From a virus (Duplodnaviria > Heunggongvirae > Uroviricota > Caudoviricetes), in IMG/VR virus record IMGVR_UViG_2531839666_000033, positions 1-29,739 of that record: a stretch of 29,739 nucleotides of DNA; one strand, given 5' to 3'. The notes under the pieces are model-generated. The model was not told the origin of the DNA, did not search any database, and saw only the letters and a program-made list of their open reading frames with translations. The position numbers were made by a program, and so were the translations under genes. Shown here piece by piece: positions 15,847 through 25,116 of the stretch (the first letter of the stretch is position 1; each line of letters starts with the position of its first letter).

Positions 15847-18388
15847 TCTTGTTATTGACCTTAGTCTGGATGCTGTCCGTTTCGATGAGCAGATGAGCCG
15901 GGTAAGGCGTCATTTTTCAGGACTGGAGACTGACGCCAGAAAAACCGCCAGTGCTGTTGAGCAGGGGCTGAGCCGCCAGGCGCTGGCTGCACAAAAAGCC
16001 GGGATGTCCGTCGGGCAGTATAAAGCCGCCATGCGTATGCTACCCATGCAGTTCACCGACGTTGCCACGCAGCTTGCCGGTGGTCAGAATCCCTGGCTCA
16101 TCCTGCTGCAACAGGGCGGTCAGGTGAAAGACTCGTTCGGTGGTCTTATCCCGATGTTCCGGGGACTGGCGGGAGCCGTCTCGCTACCTGCCGTCGGGAT
16201 CACATCTCTGGTCGCCGCGACAGGTGCGCTGGCGTATGCCTGGTACCAGGGGGATTCCACGCTTTCAGCGTTTAATAAAACCCTGGTTCTTTCCGGTAAT
16301 CAGTCCGGACTGACTGTCGATCGCATGCTGGCGCTCTCCAGAGCCGGACAGGCAGCAGGGCTGACGTTTAACCAGGCGGGAGAGTCACTGGCAGCCCTGG
16401 TCAGTGCCGGTGTGCGTGGTGGTGAGCAGTTTGATGCCATTAACCAGAGTGTGGCGCGTTTTGCGTCTGCCTCCGGTGTGGAAGTGGACAAGGTTGCAGA
16501 GGCTTTCGGAAAGCTGACCACTGACCCGACGTCGGGACTGATGGCGATGGCGCGCCAGTTCCGTAACGTGACGGCAGAGCAGATTGCGTATGTTGCACAA
16601 CTGCAGCGTTCCGGTGATGAGGCCGGGGCCTTACAGGCGGCGAACGAGGCCGCAACGAAAGGGTTTGATGACCAGACCCGCCGCCTGAAAGAGAACATGG
16701 GGATGCTGGAAACCTGGGCAGATAAAACAGGGAAGGCGTTCAAATCGATGTGGGATGCCATTCTGGATATTGGTCGTCCTGATACCGCGCAGGAGATGCT
16801 GATTAAGGCAGAGACTGCGTTTAAGAAAGCAGACGACATCTGGAATCTCCGCAAGGATGATTATTTTGTTAACGATGAAGCGCGGGCGCGTTACTGGGAT
16901 GATCGTGAAAAGGCTCGCCTTGCGCTTGAAGCCGCCCGAAAGAAGGCTGAACAGCAGAGTCAACAGGACAAAAATGCGCAGCAGCAGAGCGATACCGAAG
17001 CGTCACGGCTGAAATATACCGAAGAGGCGCAGAAAGCGTATGAACGCCTGTTGTCGCCGCTGGATAAATATACCGCCCGGCAGAAAGAGCTGAATCAGGC
17101 CCTGAAAGACGGGAAAATCCTGCAGGCAGATTACAACACGCTGATGGCGTCGGCGAAAAAGGATTATGAATCAACGCAGAAAAAACCGAAGTCGTCAGGT
17201 GTCAGAGTGTCAGCCGGGGAGCGTCAGGAAGACCGGGCGCATGCAGCCCTGCTGGCGCTTGAAACTGAGCTCCGGACGCTGGAGAAGCACAGCGGTGCGA
17301 ATGAGAAAATCAGCCGGCAGCGCCGTGATTTATGGAAAGCGGAAAGTCAGTATGCGGTCCTGAAAGAGGCCGCCACGAAACGGCAGTTATCCGGGCAGGA
17401 AAAATCCCTGCTGGCCCATGAGAAAGAGACGCTGGAGTACAAACGCCAGCTGGCTGAGCTGGGCGACAAGGTTGAATACCAGAAACGCCTGAATGAGCTG
17501 GCACAGCAGGCGGCACGGTTTGAAGAGCAGCAGAGCGCGAAGCAGGCCGCCATCAGCGCAAAAGCCCGTGGTCTCACTGACCGTCAGGCGCAGCGGGAGT
17601 CTGAAGCGCAGCGTCTTCGTGACGTGTATGGCGATAATCCGCAGGCGCTGGCCCGGGTCACCGGGGCACTGAAACAGACATGGGCGGATGAAGACATGCT
17701 GCGCGGTGACTGGCTGGCCGGGCTGAAGTCCGGCTGGGGGGAGTGGGCGGAAAGTGCGACGGACAGTTTTTCGCAGGTTAAAAGTGCTGCCACGCAGACC
17801 TTTGACGGTATTGCACAGAATATGGCGGCGATGCTGACCGGCAGTGAGCAGAACTGGCGGGGATTCACCCGTTCGGTGCTGTCCATGATGACAGAAATCC
17901 TGCTTAAACAGGCCATGGTGGGCATGGTCGGGCGTATCGGCAGCGCCATTGGTGGTGCTTTCGGTGGTGGGGCGTCTGCCTCCACGGGGACGGCCATTGA
18001 GGCTGCGGCGGCGAACTTCCATTTCGCGACCGGAGGATTTACGGGGACGGGCGGCAAATATGAGCCTGCGGGGATAGTTCACCGCGGGGAGTTTGTCTTC
18101 ACGAAGGAGGCAACCAGCCGGATAGGTGTGGGGAATCTTTACCGCCTGATGCGCGGCTATGCGGAAGGTGGTTATGTGGGTGGTGCCGGAAGTCCGGCGC
18201 AGATGCGGCGGGCGGAAGGTATTAATTTTAATCAGAACAATCACGTGGTGATTCAGAACGACGGTATAAACGGACAGGCGGGGCCGCAGCTGATGAAGGC
18301 GGTGTATGACATGGCCCGTAAGGGGGCGCAGGATGAACTCCGGCTGCAGTTGCGTGATGGCGGTATGTTATCAGGGAGCGGGCGATGA
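15827..18388 (+). CDS. H: tail tape measure protein (lambda gpH-like)
   Basis: 853 aa, same length as lambda H with extensive matching segments (PVGDLV.DLSLDA.RFDEQM.RVRRHFSG, AKDGKILQADYNTLMA, GGKYEPAGIVHRGEFVFTKEATSRIGVGNLYRLMRGYA). Confidence 0.95.
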   Translation: MSQPVGDLVIDLSLDAVRFDEQMSRVRRHFSGLETDARKTASAVEQGLSRQALAAQKAGMSVGQYKAAMRMLPMQFTDVATQLAGGQNPWLILLQQGGQVKDSFGGLIPMFRGLAGAVSLPAVGITSLVAATGALAYAWYQGDSTLSAFNKTLVLSGNQSGLTVDRMLALSRAGQAAGLTFNQAGESLAALVSAGVRGGEQFDAINQSVARFASASGVEVDKVAEAFGKLTTDPTSGLMAMARQFRNVTAEQIAYVAQLQRSGDEAGALQAANEAATKGFDDQTRRLKENMGMLETWADKTGKAFKSMWDAILDIGRPDTAQEMLIKAETAFKKADDIWNLRKDDYFVNDEARARYWDDREKARLALEAARKKAEQQSQQDKNAQQQSDTEASRLKYTEEAQKAYERLLSPLDKYTARQKELNQALKDGKILQADYNTLMASAKKDYESTQKKPKSSGVRVSAGERQEDRAHAALLALETELRTLEKHSGANEKISRQRRDLWKAESQYAVLKEAATKRQLSGQEKSLLAHEKETLEYKRQLAELGDKVEYQKRLNELAQQAARFEEQQSAKQAAISAKARGLTDRQAQRESEAQRLRDVYGDNPQALARVTGALKQTWADEDMLRGDWLAGLKSGWGEWAESATDSFSQVKSAATQTFDGIAQNMAAMLTGSEQNWRGFTRSVLSMMTEILLKQAMVGMVGRIGSAIGGAFGGGASASTGTAIEAAAANFHFATGGFTGTGGKYEPAGIVHRGEFVFTKEATSRIGVGNLYRLMRGYAEGGYVGGAGSPAQMRRAEGINFNQNNHVVIQNDGINGQAGPQLMKAVYDMARKGAQDELRLQLRDGGMLSGSGR

Positions 18389-18714
18389 AAACCTTTCGCT
18401 GGAAAGTGAAGCCGGATATGGAGGTGAACTCGCAGCCGTCGGTGCGTGAAGTGCGTTTTGGTGACGGGTACTCACAGCGTATGGCGGCAGGGCTGAATGC
18501 TGACCTGAAAACATACCGGGTGATGCTTTCCGTGAGCCGGGAGGAGGCCCGGCATCTGGAAGCGTTCCTGGCAGAGCACGGGGGCTGGAAGGCATTTTTG
18601 TGGAAGCCACCCTATGCATACCGGCAGATAAAGGTGACCTGTGCCGGGTGGTCTGCGCGGGTCGGGATGTTGCGCGTTGAGTTCAGCGCGGAGTTTAAGC
18701 AGGTGGTGAACTGA
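18385..18714 (+). CDS. M: minor tail protein (lambda gpM-like)
   Basis: 109 aa; MKTFRWKVKP.M.V.S.PSVR.VRFGDGYSQR…IKVTCA.WS.RV.MLRVEFSAEF.QVVN matches lambda M. Confidence 0.95.
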   Translation: MKTFRWKVKPDMEVNSQPSVREVRFGDGYSQRMAAGLNADLKTYRVMLSVSREEARHLEAFLAEHGGWKAFLWKPPYAYRQIKVTCAGWSARVGMLRVEFSAEFKQVVN

Positions 18715-19411
18715 TGCAGGATATTCACGAAGCAAGCCTGAACGAGTCGGTTAAGTCAGAGCAGTCACCGCGGGTGGTGCTCTGGGAAATCGACCTGACG
18801 GTGCAGGGCGGTGAGCGGTATTTTTCTGCAATGAGCTGAATGAAAAAGGGGAGCCGGTGACCTGGCAGGGGCGGAAGTATGAGGCGTACCCGATTGAGGG
18901 CAGCGGCTTTGAGATGAACGGAAAGGGCTGCAGTGCCCGCCCGTCGCTGACGGTGTCCAATCTTTTCGGGCTGGTCACCGGGATGGCGGAGGATTTGCAG
19001 AGCCTGGTGGGTGCCACGGTGGTCCGCCGCCGGGTGTATGCGCGTTTTCTGGATGCGGTGAATTTTGTGGCGGGGAATCCGGAGGCCGACCCGGAGCAGG
19101 AGCTGACGGACCGGTGGGTGGTGGAGCAGATGTCAGCGCTGACGGCCATGACGGCCTCGTTTGTGCTGGCGACACCGACGGAGACGGACGGGGCGCTGTT
19201 TCCCGGTCGCATCATGCTGGCGAACACCTGTATGTGGGATTACCGGGGCGATGAATGCGGGTATAACGGTCCGGCAGTGGCGGATGAGTTCGACAACCCC
19301 ACCACGGATATCCGGAAGGACAGATGCAGTAAATGCATGCGCGGGTGTGAGATGCGCGGCATGGTGGCTAATTTCGGCGGTTTCCTTTCCATTAATAAAC
19401 TTTCGCAGTAA
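18714..19411 (+). pseudogene. L: minor tail protein (lambda gpL-like), frame disrupted by a 1-nt deletion in a T-run (T5 at 18821-18825)
   Basis: MQDIHEASLNE…VVLWEIDLT…GGERYF then a premature stop; the C-terminal part (ORF 18857..19411: TWQGRKYEAYPIEGSGFEMNGKG…GGFLSINKLSQ) matches lambda L; one extra T in tattttTctgc restores YFFCNELNEKGEPVTWQG. Confidence 0.85.
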
Positions 19412-19421
19412 ATCCCGTTTT

Positions 19422-20166
19422 ATGACACAGACTGAATCAGCGATTCTGGCGCATGCCCGGCGGTGTGCGCCAGCGGAGTCGTGCGGCTTCGTGATAAGCA
19501 CCCCGGAGGGCGAACGGTACCAGCCCTGCGTGAATATCTCCGCAGAGCCGGAGGCGTATTTTCGTATTGCACCGGAAGACTGGCTGCAGGCAGAGATGCA
19601 GGGGGAGATTGTGGCGCTGGTCCACAGTCATCCCGGTGGTCTGCCCTGGCTGAGCGAGGCGGACCGGCGGCTGCAGATAAAGAGTGCCCTGCCCTGGTGG
19701 CTGGTCTGCCGGGGTGAAATTCACCGGTTCCGCTGTGTGCCGCACCTGACCGGACGGCGCTTTGAACAGGGTGTGACGGACTGTTACACCCTGTTCCGGG
19801 ATGCATACCATCTGGCGGGGATAACGCTGCCGGATTTTGAGCGTGAGGATGACTGGTGGCGCAACGGTCAGAACCTGTACCTGGACAACCTGGCAGTACA
19901 ACGGCTTTTACCGGGTGTCTCCGTCCTGTGCACAGGCGGGCGATATCCTGCTGTGCTGCTTTGGTTCATCGGTGCCGAATCATGCCGCCATTTACTGTGG
20001 CAACGGTGAACTGCTTCACCATATACCTGAACAACTGAGTAAACGGGAGAGGTATTCTGAAAAATGGCAACGACGAACGCATTCTGTCTGGCGTCACCGC
20101 CACTGGTCCGCATCTGCCTTCACGGGGATTTACAACGATTTGGTCGCCGCATCAGCCTGTATGTGA
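19422..20166 (+). pseudogene. K: tail tip assembly protein (lambda gpK-like), frame disrupted by an apparent 1-nt insertion in a T-run (T4 at 19906-19909)
   Basis: N-terminus MTQTESAILAHARRCAPAESCGFV…HSHPGG matches lambda K up to about 19900; the conserved C-terminus (…GDILLCCFGSSVPNHAAIYCGNGELLHHIPEQLSKRERYSEKWQRRTHS…) continues in the +1 frame (ORF 19837..20166). Confidence 0.85.
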
Positions 20167-20744
20167 ACACGGCAGCGGAGGCCATCCGTGCCCTGTCGCT
20201 GCAGGTGCCGGGATTCCGCGGTCAGATGAACGAAGGCTGGTATCAGATACGTATTGCCGGTGAGGATACCGCACCGGAGGCGGTGTACGCCCGTCTTCAC
20301 GAACAACTGGGTGAGGGAGCGGTCATCCACATTGTGCCGCGACTGGCCGGAGCCGGGGGAAATGGTGTTTTTCAGGTGGTGCTGGGGGCAGCAGCCATCG
20401 TGGGCTCTTTCTTCACCGCCGGTGCAACGATGGCGTTGTGGGGCGCAGCCCTGAGTGCCGGAGGGCTGACTGCCACCACGATGCTGTTCTCACTGGGTGC
20501 CAGCATGATACTGGGTGGTGTGGCCCAGATGCTGGCCCCGAAGGCAAAGACGCCGGAGTACAAAAGTACGGATAACGGTAAACAGAACACGTATTTTTCG
20601 TCACTGGACAACATGATTGCCCAGGGTAACCCGATGCCGGTGCCTTACGGTGAAATGCTGGTTGGTTCACGACGGATATCCCAGGACATCAGCACCCGTG
20701 ATGAGGGCGGAGACGGGAAAGTGGTGGTTATCGGACGGGGATGA
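20064..20744 (+). CDS. I: tail tip assembly protein (lambda gpI-like)
   Basis: 226 aa; RICL.GDLQRFGRRI…GAVIHIVPR.AGA…GVFQ.VLGAAAI.GSFFTAGAT…LAPKA.TP…TDNGKQNTYFSSLDNM.AQGN matches lambda I. Confidence 0.92.
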   Translation: MATTNAFCLASPPLVRICLHGDLQRFGRRISLYVNTAAEAIRALSLQVPGFRGQMNEGWYQIRIAGEDTAPEAVYARLHEQLGEGAVIHIVPRLAGAGGNGVFQVVLGAAAIVGSFFTAGATMALWGAALSAGGLTATTMLFSLGASMILGGVAQMLAPKAKTPEYKSTDNGKQNTYFSSLDNMIAQGNPMPVPYGEMLVGSRRISQDISTRDEGGDGKVVVIGRG

Positions 20745-20781
20745 AAATAAAAAAATCCCGCAGAGTTAGCGGAGCTGCGGG
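20745..20781 (-). terminator. Rho-independent terminator oriented for the minus strand (hairpin plus U7AU4 on the minus strand), directly after the I stop
   Basis: Plus-strand sequence aaaataaaaaaat-CCCGCAG-agttagcggag-CTGCGGG; on the minus strand the 7-bp GC stem is followed by TTTTTTTATTTT; no U-tract on the plus strand. Confidence 0.5.
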
Positions 20782-20817
20782 AAGAGATACGAAGATTAAC
20801 TGTAAGGAGTTATTATT

Positions 20818-20886
20818 ATGTCACAGCAAAAAAAAACGGTAACGCAGAGAAATTATAAGCGCCACTGGGATTTTGTGAAAATGTGA
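20818..20886 (+). CDS. putative 22-codon basic peptide ORF with strong RBS inside the I-J insert (may not be translated)
   Basis: AAGGAG at 20804-20809, 8-nt spacer, then ATG; MSQQKKTVTQRNYKRHWDFVKM. Its RBS and start are fully antisense to a predicted minus-strand transcript. Confidence 0.25.
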   Translation: MSQQKKTVTQRNYKRHWDFVKM

Positions 20887-20903
20887 AGAATTTCAGAAAT
20901 TTT
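20881..20903. repeat. copy 1 of a 23-bp perfect direct repeat ATGTGAAGAATTTCAGAAATTTT (near-palindromic core AATTTCAGAAATT)
   Basis: Identical 23-mer at 20881-20903 and 21060-21082, 179 bp apart, inside the I-J insert. Confidence 0.9.
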
Positions 20904-21059
20904 CTGTTGCGGAGCTGAACTAAAAAACGCTCCCGCAATACACCTGGATATTAACGGGAGGAACGAATAGTCACCTTAAGGAGTTGCGATTAATTGCTTT
21001 TATTGACCGCAGGTAATCTACCCATCCGGCAAGGTTTCCTCCACGGGAATTTGCCGGAA

Positions 21060-21082
21060 ATGTGAAGAATTTCAGAAATTTT
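21060..21082. repeat. copy 2 of the 23-bp direct repeat ATGTGAAGAATTTCAGAAATTTT
   Basis: Perfect match to 20881-20903; followed within 15 nt by a plus-strand terminator hairpin. Confidence 0.9.
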
Positions 21083-21095
21083 ATTCCGTCATGAC

Positions 21096-21126
21096 ACAGG
21101 CACCCTCCGGGGTGCCTGTCGTTTTC
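21096..21126 (+). terminator. Rho-independent terminator (10-bp perfect stem ACAGGCACCC/GGGTGCCTGT, UCCG loop, then CGTTTTCT) just upstream of the J RBS
   Basis: Read directly from the sequence; lies 44 nt upstream of the J start codon. Confidence 0.55.
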
Positions 21127-21169
21127 TGGCATAAACAGATTCAGACATCAGACAGGAGAGGGGGACAGA

Positions 21170-24100
21170 GTGGGTAAAGGGGGCGACAAGGGGCACACAC
21201 CGCGTGAGGCGAAGGACAATCTCAAATCCACGCAGATGATGAGCGTGATTGATGCCATTGGTGAGGGACCGGTGGAAGGTCCGGTGAAGGGACTGCAGAG
21301 TATTCTGGTGAACAAAACCCCGCTGACGGACACGGACGGTAATCCCGTGATACACGGTGTGACCGCCGTCTGGCGTGCCGGGGAGCAGGAGCAGACACCG
21401 CCGGAAGGCTTTGAGTCCTCCGGGGCGGAAACCGCACTGGGCGTGGAGGTGACGAAGGCAAAGCCGGTGACGCGCACCATCACGTCAGCGAACATTGACC
21501 GTCTGCGGGTCACCTTCGGGGTACAGTCACTGGTGGAGACCACCTCAAAGGGTGACCGTAATCCCTCTTCTGTCCGCCTGCTGATTCAGCTTGAGCGTAA
21601 CGGGCACTGGGTGACGGAGAAGGATGTCACCATTAACGGCAAGACCACCTCGCAGTATCTGACGTCGGTGATTCTGAATAATCTCCCTGAGCGCCCCTTT
21701 AACATCCGGATGGTCAGGGTGACGGCGGACAGCACCACGGACCAGCTGCAGAACAGAACGCTGTGGTCGTCATACACCGAAATCATCGATGTGAAACAGT
21801 GCTACCCGAACACGGCCATTGTGGGGCTGCAGGTGGATGCGGAGCAGTTTGGTGGCCAGCAGCTGACGGTGAACTACCATATCCGCGGTCGCATCATTCA
21901 GGTGCCGTCAAACTATGACCCGGAAAAACGCACCTACAGCGGTATCTGGGACGGGAGTCTGAAACCGGCATACAGCAATAACCCGGCCTGGTGCCTGTGG
22001 GACATGCTGACCCACCCGCGCTACGGGATGGGAAAACGCCTGGGGGCCGCGGATGTGGACAAGTGGGCACTGTATGCCATCGGGCAGTACTGCGACCAGA
22101 CGGTCCCGGATGGTTTCGGGGGCACAGAGCCGCGGATGACCTTTAATGCGTACCTGTCACAGCAGCGTAAGGTGTGGGATGTCCTGGGGGATTTCTGCTC
22201 GGCGATGCGCTGTATGCCGGTATGGAACGGCCAGACGCTGACGTTCGTTCAGGACCGCCCGTCGGATGTGGTGTGGCCGTACACCAACAGCGATGTGGTG
22301 GTGGATGATAACGGCGTGGGGTTCCGCTACAGCTTCAGTGCCCTGAAGGACCGGCACACGGCGGTGGAGGTGAATTACACCGACCCGCAGAACGGCTGGC
22401 AGACTTCCACGGAACTGGTGGAAGACCCGGACGCCATCCTGCGCTACGGGCGCAATCTGCTGAAGATGGATGCGTTTGGCTGTACCAGCCGCGGTCAGGC
22501 CCACCGTGCCGGACTGTGGGTGATAAAGACAGAACTGCTGGAAACGCAGACGGTGGATTTCACGCTCGGGTCACAGGGGCTGCGGCACACGCCCGGTGAC
22601 ATTATTGAAATCTGTGATAACGACTACGCAGGGACCCTGACCGGCGGACGCATCCTGTCCATCGATGCCGCCAGCCGTACCCTGACGCTGGACCGTGAGG
22701 TGACACTGCCGGAAGCAGGGACATCGACGGTGAACCTGATTAACGGCAGCGGTAAGCCGGTGCGCGTGGACATCACTGCACACCCCGCCCCGGACCGGAT
22801 ACAGGTCAGTACCCTGCCTGATGGTGTGGAGACATACGGGGTGTGGGGACTCTCCCTGCCGTCACTGCGCCGTCGCCTGTTCCGCTGTGTCTCCATCCGG
22901 GAAAACACGGACGGCACCTTTGCCATCACGGCAGTGCAGCACGTACCGGAAAAAGAAGCCATCGTGGATAACGGGGCCCGCTTTGAGCCGCTCTCCGGCT
23001 CACTGAACAGCGTCATCCCGCCGGCAGTGCAGCACCTCACGGTGGAGGTGAGTGCCTCAGACGGCCAGTATCTGGCGCTGGCGAAATGGGACACGCCGCG
23101 GGTGGTGAAGGGCGTGCGCTTCAGTCTGCGCCTGACCAGTGGCAGTGGTGAAAACAGCCGCCTGGTGACCACCGCCATCACTGCCGACACGGAGCACCGT
23201 TTCAGTGGCCTGCCTCTGGGGGAATACACCCTGACGGTCAGGGCGATAAACAGCTACGGCCAGCAGGGCGAACCTGCCACCACCGCGTTCCGGATTAATG
23301 CGCCTGCAGCACCGGCCAGCATTGAGCTGACGCCGGGGTATTATCAGATAACAGCAGTACCGGTGCTGGCGGTGTATGACCCGACGGTACAGTCTGAATT
23401 CTGGTTCTCAGAAAAACGCATCACGGACATGGCACAGGTGGAAACCTTTGCCCGTTATCTGGGGACAGGCAGCCAGTGGAGTGTCTCCGGCCCGCACATT
23501 AAGCCGGGGAAGGATTTCTGGTTTTATGTGCGCAGCGTCAATCTGGTGGGGAAATCTGCGTTTGTGGAAGCCAGTGGCCGGGCGAGCAATGATGCGGAAG
23601 GGTATCTGGACTTTTTCAGAGGAGAAATCGGGAAGACACATCTGGCACAGGGGATGTGGGAGCTGATTGATAACAGCCAGCTTGATGATGAGATGGCGGA
23701 GATGAAGACCACCATCACAGAAACCCGCAATGAAATCACACAGACGGTCAGTAAAACCCTGGAAGACCAGAGTGCCACCATACAGCAGATACAGCGGGTG
23801 CAGACAGACACAAATAACGACCTGGCTGCGCTGTACATGCTGAAGGTACAGAAAACGAAAACGGCATTCCGTATGTTGCCGGTATAGGTGCGGGGATTGA
23901 GGATGCTGATGGCCAGCCCCTGAGCAATATTCTGCTGCAGGCGGACCGTATCGCGATGATTAACCCGGAGAACGGCAACACCACGCCGCTGTTTGTGGCG
24001 CAGGGGAATCAGCTGTTCATGAACGATGTGTTCCTGAAGCGGTTGTTTGCAGTGAGCATCACCTCGTCCGGCAATCCCCCGACGTTCTCCCTGACGCCGG

Positions 24101-24636
24101 AGGGCAGGCTGACGGCCCGCAATGCGGACATCAGCGGACATATCAGTGCGAACTCGGGCACGCTCAATAATGTCGTGATAGCGGAGAACTGTACGATAAA
24201 TGGCACGCTGAAAGCGGAGAACATTATTGGTGATCTTGTGAAATGTGCAGGGGTGGCTTTTCCGGTGGATGGTAGTTACCTTGCGAACGGTACACGAACG
24301 CTGACGGTGTATGACGATCACAGCTTTGACCGGCAGATTATAATCCCGCCGATAATCTATGTCGGGTCAAAACAGGAATCCCGTACCAGTAATGACATCT
24401 GGACAGAGTGCTTCCTGCATGTTGATCAGAACGGACGCCGGATTTATTCCGGCAGGTCAGTGACAGAGCCGGGAATTTTCAGCGGGATCATCGATATGCC
24501 AGCCGGTCATGGTCATATCACCCTGAGTTTTACCGTAAGTTCACGACGTCAGAACGGGAGTTTTGGCAGTTCACGTATCAGTAACCTTCAGGCGATAGTG
24601 GTGAAGAAAAACAGCGCGGGGATCAGCATCCGCTGA
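21170..24636 (+). pseudogene. J: tail tip / host-specificity protein (lambda gpJ-like), frame disrupted by a 1-nt deletion in an A-run (A4 at 23858-23861)
   Basis: ORF 21170..23887 matches lambda J over about 890 aa ([20 protein letters not shown]…, [35 protein letters not shown]); the conserved C-terminus (…[25 protein letters not shown]…NADISG…) continues in ORF 23956..24636; one extra A in acgaaaaCgg joins the frames. Confidence 0.9.
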
Positions 24637-25039
24637 ACATCGCGCCCCGGGATTGCCGGAAGGAGACAAAAACCGTACAGTATGCGCGGGTGCCTTTGGC
24701 TGATGGCCGGAGGGAACACCTGAAGGCCGGAAAGACGAAGGCCCCGGACAAACATTCATGTTTAACCCGAGGCCTGACTTTCGATCTTCAGCAAATTGAA
24801 GGTTAGCGCCTCTCCGTAAAAGGAGCAAGCGTTTATGTCGCAAAACCGTTAAAAACCACCGTGATTTGTATCACGGTAGTGCTCATTATCTGGATCACCC
24901 ACAGTTCACTGTGCGAGTTCCGGTTCCGGATAGCGGGCGCGGAGATTGCGGCGTTCTTACAGTGTAAGCAGTAAGAAACCGTGGCGGGGGAGAATATCCC
25001 CCGCCGACCGGTTGCTGAGGGTGGTCAGCCGGATGGCAC

Positions 25040-25103
25040 CGTTTTAACACCAACAAACCACAAATTTTACCGCAGGCCGGGAAACCGGTACTGCGGTTTT
25101 TTT
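25040..25103 (+). ncRNA. candidate small RNA 3' module: CA-rich tract plus strong intrinsic terminator (GAAA tetraloop, U7) just upstream of stf; 5' end undefined
   Basis: ttttaacaccaacaaaccacaaatttta followed by hairpin CCGCAG(G)CCGG-GAAA-CCGG(TA)CTGCGG and TTTTTTT (25070-25103). Identity as an sRNA is inferred, not demonstrated. Confidence 0.3.
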
Positions 25104-25116
25104 ATGGGGGAAATCC

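Noticed and set aside
17387-18244. 285-aa minus-strand ORF, plus other minus ORFs at 16300-17577
   Set aside because: Antisense to the tape measure gene H, which matches lambda H across its whole length; spurious.
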